DNA from: an uncultured Eubacteriales bacterium
GTDB taxonomy: Bacteria; Bacillota; Clostridia; Oscillospirales; JAKOTC01
Assembly: GCA_964587625.1 (NCBI GenBank)
Contig: CAZPLU010000030.1
Location: 1 to 31,385, forward strand
Direction: 5' to 3'
DNA: 31,385 nucleotides
The notes beneath the pieces were generated by a model, which saw only the letters and a program-made list of their open reading frames with translations, searched no databases and had not been told where the DNA came from. Positions 24,511 through 31,046 of the stretch are shown here, one piece after another (within the stretch, counting starts at the first letter, position 1; each line of letters starts with the position of its first letter). The position numbers were made by a program, and so were the translations under genes.

Positions 24511-24541
24511 CATAAAGCAAACAGGGGCAAAAACTTGCCCC
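24511..24541 (-). terminator. intrinsic terminator after jag
   Basis: The minus-strand RNA reads GGGGCAA-GUUU-UUGCCCC followed by UGUUUGCUUU. Confidence 0.65.
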
Positions 24542-24587
24542 CGATTGATTGACAATCGAAATTTTCATTGCCGAAACACCGTTTCCG

Positions 24588-25550
24588 TTATTCTCCCGAT
24601 TCGCCGGGTTTTTCCTGTGACGGGTGCTCGACTTCGATTTTGGAATAAAGTCCGCCCGCGAAATCGTTCCTGACAGGTCTGCCGACCGTGATCTTATCGC
24701 CCGTGCTGATGGGTTTCGCCGGCGGCCGCTGCGCATTGTCTCTTGGGTTTCCGTTGCCGTTGCCGCGGTTGTTCTGGTTTCCGCGGTCATTCCGGTCGTT
24801 CCGATCATCGCGATTGTAACCGCGATTGTTTTTTGAAAAAACGGTCGGACGCCTGTCGTCGCGTCTGCGGAAGTCGTCCCTTTTGTCGATTCGCTCGTAT
24901 TTGTCGCCGACCTTTTTTACTTTCGAAAGCGGCGCGATGATGACGCGGCGGCGGGGCTCCTCGCCCTCCGACCACGACACCACATCGGCGCTCTCTTGAA
25001 CAACGGTGTGCAAAATCATCCGCTCAAACGGTTTCATCGGGTTTGCAACCGTGACGTAACCGCTCGAGTCCGCTTTTTCTATCGCGCGTCCGGCATATTC
25101 TTTCAGGGATTCGATCCGTTTTTCACGATAGCCGTTGAGATCGACATTGACATGATAACGGAAATCCGCGTCCCGGTTGACCGCCAACGAAATAACCGCC
25201 GAAAGCGCATCCAATACATCGCCGTGATAACCGATCACAAAACCGACATCGCTTTCGGAGGTGATATGATAAGTGACGCTGTCGGCGTCTTTGATGATAT
25301 CGACGTCATAGTCCTCAACGTTCATCGCATTCAAAATCTCACACAGATACTGTTCGCCGAACGCCACGGAATCATCCTTTTTGACCAGTTTTACTTTCAC
25401 TTGCGCCTCGGCGGAACCGATCCCCAAAACGCCTTTGCTGCCGCGGGCTATAATCTCGATCTCAACCTGATCTTGAGTCGCATTCAACTGCTTCAATGCG
25501 CTTGCAACCGCATCATTCACGGTCTTACCCGTCGCGGTAATCTCTTTCAT
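24588..25550 (-). CDS. jag: Jag/KhpB (SpoIIIJ-associated, KH + R3H RNA-binding protein) with a long low-complexity C-terminal extension
   Basis: MKEITATGKTVNDAVASALKQL is the Jag_N signature. The KH-like segment is GFVIGYHGDVLDAL and the R3H region is ANPMKPFERMILHTVV. It sits directly downstream of yidC. The last ~110 aa are Arg/Asp/Asn/Gly-rich. Confidence 0.88.
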   Translation of the reverse strand: MKEITATGKTVNDAVASALKQLNATQDQVEIEIIARGSKGVLGIGSAEAQVKVKLVKKDDSVAFGEQYLCEILNAMNVEDYDVDIIKDADSVTYHITSESDVGFVIGYHGDVLDALSAVISLAVNRDADFRYHVNVDLNGYREKRIESLKEYAGRAIEKADSSGYVTVANPMKPFERMILHTVVQESADVVSWSEGEEPRRRVIIAPLSKVKKVGDKYERIDKRDDFRRRDDRRPTVFSKNNRGYNRDDRNDRNDRGNQNNRGNGNGNPRDNAQRPPAKPISTGDKITVGRPVRNDFAGGLYSKIEVEHPSQEKPGESGE

Positions 25551-25602
25551 CAGTATAACCATCCTTTCGCAGAAGAGTGAAAACGAACCCTTCTGCCGTC
25601 GT

Positions 25603-26955
25603 TTACTTTCCGCCCCTCTTTTTTTTGCTCTCCATCAATTTGATATAGGCGGCGCGTGCCTCGGCATTGTGCAGAGAGGGCTCTTTTTGTCTCTCTTTTT
25701 CCGCCTTTTGGCGGTCTTTTTCCATCTGTTTTTCCATCAGATCCCGCGCCTTGGGGTTGATATCCGCCTCATACACCTCGCCCTGCTTGGCGAGTTCCTC
25801 TTCGCGCGCTTTGGCGATCAACCGGCGTTCCAGTTCTTTTTTTCGGGATTTTGATTGTTCCTGATACTCGCTGTATTGGGTTGTTTTTGCTTCGTTGTCT
25901 TTTTGCGCCTGTGCAAGCCGCTCCCGAAATTTCGAGTTTTTCGAGACGGGCTTTCCGCTGAGGCGCATTTTTTCGAGTTTCGCCTCATATTCGGCGACCA
26001 TCCGGCTCATCGGCCAGAATTTATTCAAAATCAATGTGGCGCCGAGCATCAACAAGCTGTTGTAGATCCAGTAAAGCAAAACGCAGGCCGGGAATTTATA
26101 GGTGATAAACCCGGTCAGCAGCGGCATTCCGATGGTCATCAGGGGATTTGATGCCGCGTTTGCGCCCGCCATGCCCTCGTTATTTCGTTTGTTGATTTGT
26201 CCCATGAAATAAGTGCTTGCCACACTTGCGAGTACGGTTAGGATCGGGAAAATCCAGTAAATCCAATCGGCGCCTTCCTGCCCCACACCCAAGCTCAGGT
26301 CGAAGTTTTTGAACAGACCGAACAGCGACATATCCAAATCGGAGGCGGGTTGGATCAATGAAGAGCCGTTAAACCATTCGGGGTTGCTTTTCAAAAACCG
26401 GAATAAATAGAGCTCTTGATTGTAGGGTGAAATCCCGGCGATCTGGACATTTTCATTCAATTTGACAACATCCACCGCGACCTGAGCCGCGCGTTCGCCG
26501 ATCTGTGTCAAAGAGCCGGCGAGAAACGTCAGCGGACGGACGATGACGCGGTAAAGACCGAGGAAAATCGGAAGCGGAAGCAGCGACGGCAGACAACCGC
26601 CCATCGGATTGTAGCCCTCTTCGGTATAGAGCTTTTGAATCTCCTCGTTTTGACGCTGCTTGTCATTGGCAAACTTCTTTTGGATGGCGCTGATTTTCGG
26701 CTGAAACCGAACCATTTTTGCCTGAGAACGCTGCCGTTTGACGTCGAGCGGGAACAATACGGCTTTGAAGATAATCGCAAACAACAATACCGCCAAACTG
26801 AAATTGGGCAATACGGTGTAACAAAATTTAAAAATTGCGCCCAGCGGAAGAACGATATAATCCCAAAAGGTCATGGCTCCCGCGCCGGAGACCGCCTCCG
26901 CCATAAATCCTGTCACACCGGATATCACCGCTGTAACCGCCGTTGTCAATTCCAT
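25603..26955 (-). CDS. yidC: membrane protein insertase YidC/SpoIIIJ family, long form
   Basis: LAVLLFAIIFKAVLFPLDVKRQRSQAKMVRFQPKISAIQKKF...YTEEGYNPMGGCLPSLLPLPIFLGLY is the conserved YidC core. The protein is 450 aa and has a ~125-aa Lys/Glu/Arg-rich C-terminal tail. Confidence 0.9.
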   Translation of the reverse strand: MELTTAVTAVISGVTGFMAEAVSGAGAMTFWDYIVLPLGAIFKFCYTVLPNFSLAVLLFAIIFKAVLFPLDVKRQRSQAKMVRFQPKISAIQKKFANDKQRQNEEIQKLYTEEGYNPMGGCLPSLLPLPIFLGLYRVIVRPLTFLAGSLTQIGERAAQVAVDVVKLNENVQIAGISPYNQELYLFRFLKSNPEWFNGSSLIQPASDLDMSLFGLFKNFDLSLGVGQEGADWIYWIFPILTVLASVASTYFMGQINKRNNEGMAGANAASNPLMTIGMPLLTGFITYKFPACVLLYWIYNSLLMLGATLILNKFWPMSRMVAEYEAKLEKMRLSGKPVSKNSKFRERLAQAQKDNEAKTTQYSEYQEQSKSRKKELERRLIAKAREEELAKQGEVYEADINPKARDLMEKQMEKDRQKAEKERQKEPSLHNAEARAAYIKLMESKKKRGGK

Positions 26956-26976
26956 CTCATCTCTTGCCTTTCACAT

Positions 26977-27228
26977 TCATGCTTGCGGGGTTTTTCGGTT
27001 TTTGAAAAACCAAAACCGTTCCGGTACGGGGTCGACTCCGCCTTTTGAAAACGGATTGCACCTGAGGAGGCGCCATACCGCAAGCAAACCGCCGCCGACA
27101 GTGCCGTACGCCTCATAGGCCTCGATGGCGTAATTCGAACAGGTGGGGTAATACCGACAGTTGGCTTTCGACCACGGCGGGCGGATCCGCTGATACCCGC
27201 GAATCAACACGATAAAGATTTTTTTCAC
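26977..27228 (-). CDS. yidD: membrane protein insertion efficiency factor YidD
   Basis: LIRGYQRIRPP...CRYYPTCSNYAIEAYEAYG...RLLRCNPFSKGGVDPVP is the YidD signature. The GTG start overlaps the rnpA stop (GTGA). Confidence 0.92.
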   Translation of the reverse strand: MKKIFIVLIRGYQRIRPPWSKANCRYYPTCSNYAIEAYEAYGTVGGGLLAVWRLLRCNPFSKGGVDPVPERFWFFKNRKTPQA

Positions 27229-27566
27229 ATGAGCACACCGGCTTTTTTTAATTGCGCCCGCATCACGGCGGCGATCTCAGTGCTCTTCTTTTTACCGGTA
27301 CCCTCCCGGGCAACGAACACCAGATCCCAGCCCTCACCGATTTGAGGACAAAGGCAGCGATATGCCTCCTTGATGACCCGCCGAGCGCGATTACGCTCCA
27401 CAGCGCAGCCGATCTTTTTTGCGGTTGTGATGCCGACACGGGTGCGTCTGCCTTTCCCTTTAAAGCAATAACAGATTAAAACAGGCCCGGCAACGCATTT
27501 TCCGCGTCTGTATGCACGGTGGAACTCCCAATTTTTGCGCAGCGCAGTCGCGTTACCGATCCGCAT
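27225..27566 (-). CDS. rnpA: ribonuclease P protein component
   Basis: 113 aa and basic, with the RNR motif region AVERNRARRVIKEAYR. It lies 2 nt downstream of rpmH. Confidence 0.92.
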   Translation of the reverse strand: MRIGNATALRKNWEFHRAYRRGKCVAGPVLICYCFKGKGRRTRVGITTAKKIGCAVERNRARRVIKEAYRCLCPQIGEGWDLVFVAREGTGKKKSTEIAAVMRAQLKKAGVLM

Positions 27567-27568
27567 CT

Positions 27569-27703
27569 TTAATAAGACAGGACGTGTCTGCCCTTGGCTC
27601 TGCGGCGGGCAAGGATTTTTCTTCCGTTGGCGGTGCTCATGCGTTTACGGAAACCGTGTTCCTTCTGCCGCTGCCGTTTTTTCGGCTGGTATGTCCTAAG
27701 CAT
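27569..27703 (-). CDS. rpmH: 50S ribosomal protein L34
   Basis: This gene is below the ORF-track length cutoff. Hand translation gives [44 protein letters not shown] (44 aa). GGAGGGAAGAG RBS lies upstream. Confidence 0.95.
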   Translation of the reverse strand: MLRTYQPKKRQRQKEHGFRKRMSTANGRKILARRRAKGRHVLSY

Positions 27704-27750
27704 ACTCTTCCCTCCTTTGTGTAACAAACGGGCATAAACCCATAAAGTAC

Positions 27751-27779
27751 ATTATATCTAAATAACCCATGCTTGTCAA
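27751..27779 (-). promoter_or_regulatory. consensus sigma-A promoter of the rpmH-rnpA-yidD-yidC-jag operon
   Basis: Read on the minus strand: TTGACA (27779-27774), exactly 17 nt, TATAAT (27756-27751). Confidence 0.75.
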
Positions 27780-27784
27780 TTGCT

Positions 27785-27850
27785 TTATCATGTTTGTTAA
27801 GGAACTCTTTTATCATGTTTGTTAAGAAACCCTTATCATGTTTGTTATGA
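27785..27850. repeat. three tandem direct repeats TTATCATGTTTGTTA(A/T)G(G/A)
   Basis: Copies start at 27785, 27810 and 27833 (period 25 and 23 bp) and share 16-17 of 18 positions. A degenerate fourth copy (CTCATGTTTTTAAATG) lies near 27913. The related perfect palindrome TTGTTAACAA is at 27902-27911. Confidence 0.85.
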
Positions 27851-27870
27851 ATCCCTTTTTAATTATTTTT

Positions 27871-27878
27871 TGTATAAT
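27871..27878 (+). promoter_or_regulatory. extended -10 element (TGTATAAT), candidate mazF promoter
   Basis: TGnTATAAT at 27871-27878 in an AT-rich region, with no good -35. It would give a leader of ~230 nt before mazF. Confidence 0.4.
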
Positions 27879-28118
27879 ATAACAAAATACACTGTTGATA
27901 ATTGTTAACAATGCTCATGTTTTTAAATGTATCTGTAAGTTTTTACTCGTTTGTCAACCCGAGGCGCAAAAGCGATCCTTTTCCAATATACTATGACAGC
28001 CCCCATATTTTTTCCGGCAAAGGTATACAACGCCAAAATCGAGGCAAAAATAGTCGTGTGATGAGTATTGGCATATGCACTTGTCCGGAAGATTATCCTG
28101 TTGGGAGCGTGAAATTCA

Positions 28119-28508
28119 ATGAGCGTCAAAAGAGGGGACATCTACTACGCCGATTTGAGTCCGGTCGTGGGATCGGAACAGGGCGGGATCCGTCCGGTGT
28201 TGATCGTACAAAACGACGTCGGAAACCGATTTTCCCCGACCGTTATCGCCGCGGCGATCACCAGTCAGCGCACCAAGGCCAAACTGCCTACGCACATCGA
28301 GCTGGACGCCGAGGACTGCGGACTTTCAAAAAATTCGATCATCCTGTTGGAGCAGATCCGCACCATCGACAAACAGCGGCTGCGCGAACGCATGGGCCGT
28401 CTGAACGACTTCTCGATGCAGAGAGTCGACCACGCGCTGAGCATCAGTTTCGGGCTCGCCGACACCCCGGAGACCGACGACGACCGTTTAAACGACGTAG
28501 CGCTATAA
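28119..28508 (+). CDS. mazF: MazF/PemK-family endoribonuclease toxin (EndoA/NdoA-like)
   Basis: [50 protein letters not shown]...LPTHIEL...[14 protein letters not shown] is near-collinear with B. subtilis EndoA as I remember it. It carries ~14 extra acidic C-terminal residues. Confidence 0.9.
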   Translation: MSVKRGDIYYADLSPVVGSEQGGIRPVLIVQNDVGNRFSPTVIAAAITSQRTKAKLPTHIELDAEDCGLSKNSIILLEQIRTIDKQRLRERMGRLNDFSMQRVDHALSISFGLADTPETDDDRLNDVAL

Positions 28509-28560
28509 TATCGGTTTTAAAAAGATCGGACCCGTTCTTTTCATCAAAACCGTATCGCAA

Positions 28561-28609
28561 ATCAGGTCATCCCCGGATTAAACCCCGTGCGGATGACCTG
28601 ATGTTTTTA
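28561..28609. terminator. terminator hairpin shared by convergent mazF and the MetRS-like gene
   Basis: ATCAGGTCATCC (28561-28572) pairs perfectly with GGATGACCTGAT (28591-28602), followed by GTTTTTA on the plus strand. The minus-strand gene's stop codon (28607-28609) abuts the hairpin. Confidence 0.75.
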
Positions 28610-30529
28610 TATCTGAGACGGATGCTTTTTGAAGAAGTCCACCCTCGGCTCGAGGAAAAGAAATTGATGGCCGGGTTTTATCAAAAAATCCAAGGGTTTG
28701 AAAATATGCTCCCAATCCCAAATTTGATCGTCGACTTTCAGATATTCGCGCAGCATCTCACAGCCGGACGGCGCGATGGGATGCAGCAATGCGGCCATCA
28801 CCCGGACGATGTGGAACGAATCGAGCAAGAGCTGCTCGATATCCGCCGGATTCTCGCTTTTGCAGCGCACCGACCAGTCCTTGTTGGCGTCGCGCACATA
28901 GATGTTCAACAGCTCGAAAATCTTATCAAAACCGAGTTCGGACATAAATTTTTCGTATTGTAAAATAACCTCGTCGGATTTTTGCTTGATTTCCTTGCAA
29001 ACAGTACCCGGCGGATACTTGCCCCCGCAATATTTTTGAACCGTGTAAAAACAGGAACGCACCAGACGGTTGAATACATTGGTCAGCAAATTCCCCTCGT
29101 TTAACACCGTGTCATAGCCCTCCCGATCGGGGAATAAGAACGGTTTCGGCTCGAATCCGATGCTGCGTTCGGATAAACTCGCGTTCATAAAATGTATGCG
29201 CAATTGCTCGGCGGTATAAAAGTCCAACAGCTGCGACGCCATCGGGGGTTTGAGCACCCCGCTGCTCGACGCTTTGGTCTTCCCGTACAGCAAATGGTGG
29301 TTCGGCACGATGACGGGCAGGCGGAAGGAATTTCCCAGCAAATAAAACAGGATGATTTCGGCGATGCCGTAAAAATAGATATTGTCTTCGCCGATGAACT
29401 GATACACCCGCGCGTCGTCGGACTTCCACCATCTTTCCCATTCCCTGCCCTCGATTCCGTCGCCGAGCACCGCTTTGGTGAACGAAATCGGCGCCCACAG
29501 GGATTCCGGCCACACCCAAAATGTCAAACCGGAGGTCTCTTTGACGTCGGGGACGGGCACGCCCCATTTGACATTGCCCGACAGGCGGAACGGTACAAGG
29601 GTCTTTCCCGTGCGATAGCGGATGCCGTTTCCGGACAAGGCCGCGACCGCCTTGTCCCTGCTCTCCAAATCGTCAAAGACCAAGGCGACGGAGGTCTTTT
29701 GCGCCTCTTCCAGCAATTCAAAAAGCGGCATATCCGCGAGCGTTTTGATGGGTTCGACCAGTTCTTTTTTGACATAGATACAGGGCTTTTTCAAAAACTC
29801 GCCGATGACGTCCGTCAAGACCTTGCGGCTGCAGGGCATTTTTGACCAGTCCTCCACCGCCTGCTCCATCACCTTTTGATGAGCGGGGAGGTCGATGAAC
29901 CAGTTGCTGACCGGAACCCGCACCGGGGGTTTATTCGATAAAACGCTGATGGGCGCGATCAACTCAGAAGGGCTGTACTGATGCCCCAACGCGCACTCAT
30001 CGGCATAGGCGATCTCGGATTTGCACCCTTGGATCGGGCAGCGTCCGGTGACCTGCCTGCCGTTTAAAAACACCTGCTTTTCTCCGTCGAAAAACTGGAG
30101 CGTCGATTCGAGTTTCAGCTTGTTTTCGCGATATAATTGATTGAAGATTTCGGCGGAGAGCGCGGCGTGAATTTTGCCTCCCTCTCCGAGCGCAGACGCG
30201 CCGAAAAGATTCAATGAAATTTGAAAATCGGATAAGGTCTGCGCCTGATTATCGTGATTTTTGGCGACGTAATCCTCAATCGCGCCGGTGAATCCTTTGT
30301 TTTTTTCCGCCTCATATCCGACCTCGATCAATGCGCCGTAACAGTCCGTGCCCGAGACGAAGAGCACGTTCTCCGCGCCGAGCCGATCCCTTAAAAAGCG
30401 CGCGAACACGTCGGCATGGACGAACACGCCGCCCACATGGCCAAAGTGCAGTTCCTTGTTGCCGTACGGCATTCCCGCGGTGATGACCGCCCTTTTCGGG
30501 AACGAGGGTCTTTCTAAATTGTTTTCCAT
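28607..30529 (-). CDS. metG: methionyl-tRNA synthetase-like class I aminoacyl-tRNA ligase (atypical)
   Basis: The HIGH motif is HFGH (MPYGNKELHFGHVGG). A MetRS-type zinc knuckle is present (GRCPIQGCKSEIAYADECALGHQY). A MetRS-like anticodon-domain segment is present (NLLTNVFNRLVRSCFYTVQKYCGGKYP). The KMSKS position reads KASSS. There is no C-terminal tRNA-binding appendix. Confidence 0.7.
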   Translation of the reverse strand: MENNLERPSFPKRAVITAGMPYGNKELHFGHVGGVFVHADVFARFLRDRLGAENVLFVSGTDCYGALIEVGYEAEKNKGFTGAIEDYVAKNHDNQAQTLSDFQISLNLFGASALGEGGKIHAALSAEIFNQLYRENKLKLESTLQFFDGEKQVFLNGRQVTGRCPIQGCKSEIAYADECALGHQYSPSELIAPISVLSNKPPVRVPVSNWFIDLPAHQKVMEQAVEDWSKMPCSRKVLTDVIGEFLKKPCIYVKKELVEPIKTLADMPLFELLEEAQKTSVALVFDDLESRDKAVAALSGNGIRYRTGKTLVPFRLSGNVKWGVPVPDVKETSGLTFWVWPESLWAPISFTKAVLGDGIEGREWERWWKSDDARVYQFIGEDNIYFYGIAEIILFYLLGNSFRLPVIVPNHHLLYGKTKASSSGVLKPPMASQLLDFYTAEQLRIHFMNASLSERSIGFEPKPFLFPDREGYDTVLNEGNLLTNVFNRLVRSCFYTVQKYCGGKYPPGTVCKEIKQKSDEVILQYEKFMSELGFDKIFELLNIYVRDANKDWSVRCKSENPADIEQLLLDSFHIVRVMAALLHPIAPSGCEMLREYLKVDDQIWDWEHIFKPLDFLIKPGHQFLFLEPRVDFFKKHPSQI

Positions 30530-30642
30530 TTTTTTCTCCTGTTATCCACTGTTGTCAGTTTTATTCAAAACGGGGCGATCCGGGTTTGGCTTTTGGTATT
30601 TGTCATTGACAATTTGAGCGTCGGACAATTGTCCGTTGCGAT

Positions 30643-30651
30643 ATTATAGCA
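30643..30651 (-). promoter_or_regulatory. extended -10 (TGCTATAAT) upstream of the MetRS-like gene
   Basis: The minus strand reads TGCTATAAT, ~115 nt upstream of the ATG at 30529. The -35 is weak. Confidence 0.5.
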
Positions 30652-30815
30652 TACCATGCCGTAAAAGGAAACATTTCCGGTTGAGATCTCGCAAATCTTG
30701 CAATAATCAACTGAATTATAATTCGCCGAATCCGCACAGATCACATGATACCATTTTCCGCTTTATAACACAATCATTTGCTAATCACCATTTTGCTAAT
30801 CATTTCAAAAAACCA

Positions 30816-30844
30816 TTGACAAACCGACGCGACTGTGGTATTTT
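30816..30844 (+). promoter_or_regulatory. promoter of the 30-codon leader ORF
   Basis: TTGACA (30816-30821), 17 nt, TATTTT (30839-30844), with TG at 30836-30837 giving an extended -10. Confidence 0.6.
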
Positions 30845-30874
30845 TTATAAAATCTCTCCGGAGGAGGTCCCGGC

Positions 30875-30967
30875 ATGAAGCGTTATTATCAATTTGAAAA
30901 TTCCGCGAAATCCGCGTTCGGTATGAACCCGGATCGTTTTGCCGTACCTCCGTTTTCCAAAGCGTAG
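30875..30967 (+). CDS. 30-codon leader-type small ORF
   Basis: GGAGGAGG (30860-30867) lies 7 nt upstream of ATG 30875. Hand translation gives MKRYYQFENSAKSAFGMNPDRFAVPPFSKA, with stop TAG at 30965-30967. It is below the ORF-track cutoff. Confidence 0.5.
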   Translation: MKRYYQFENSAKSAFGMNPDRFAVPPFSKA

Positions 30968-30985
30968 ACCCAATCGGGAATTTCG

Positions 30986-31017
30986 GCGGTACGGACATCG
31001 AATCCGTACCGCTTTTT
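30986..31017 (+). terminator. intrinsic terminator / attenuator between the leader ORF and the methyltransferase gene
   Basis: GCGGTACGGA (30986-30995) pairs perfectly with TCCGTACCGC (31003-31012), with a 7-nt loop, followed by TTTTTGATTTTT. The hairpin ends 30 nt before the methyltransferase ATG. Confidence 0.8.
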
Positions 31018-31046
31018 GATTTTTAATTCGGAAAGGATTGAGCATC

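Noticed and set aside
27724-28118. oriC with DnaA boxes next to rpmH
   Set aside because: The position and AT-richness suggested it, but I found only one single-mismatch DnaA box (TGTTGATAA, 27893-27901). The tandem repeats differ from TTATCCACA at four positions. dnaA is not adjacent. An isolated TTATCCACT at 30542-30550 is within chance expectation.
27902-28963. 353-aa plus-strand ORF spanning the AT-rich region, mazF and the 3' end of the MetRS-like gene
   Set aside because: It begins with TTG and has no RBS. It overlaps mazF in another frame and runs antisense to a well-supported aaRS gene. The translation is Arg/Pro-rich junk with no motif, which makes it an artefact of stop-poor antisense sequence.
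30530-30660. T-box riboswitch leader for the MetRS-like gene
   Set aside because: The leader is only ~115 nt. It has no conserved T-box sequence (no GGTGGTACCGCG-like element on the minus strand), no specifier loop and no terminator/antiterminator pair.
30600-30678. Palindromes in the MetRS-like gene's leader and promoter: TTGTCA-T-TGACAA (30600-30612), CGGACAATTGTCCG (30622-30635) and GGAAACATTTCC (30667-30678)
   Set aside because: They could be operators, but isolated 12-14-bp perfect palindromes are expected a few times by chance in 31 kb (about 4^-6 to 4^-7 per position). The three do not share a clear common half-site. I kept them only as a note.
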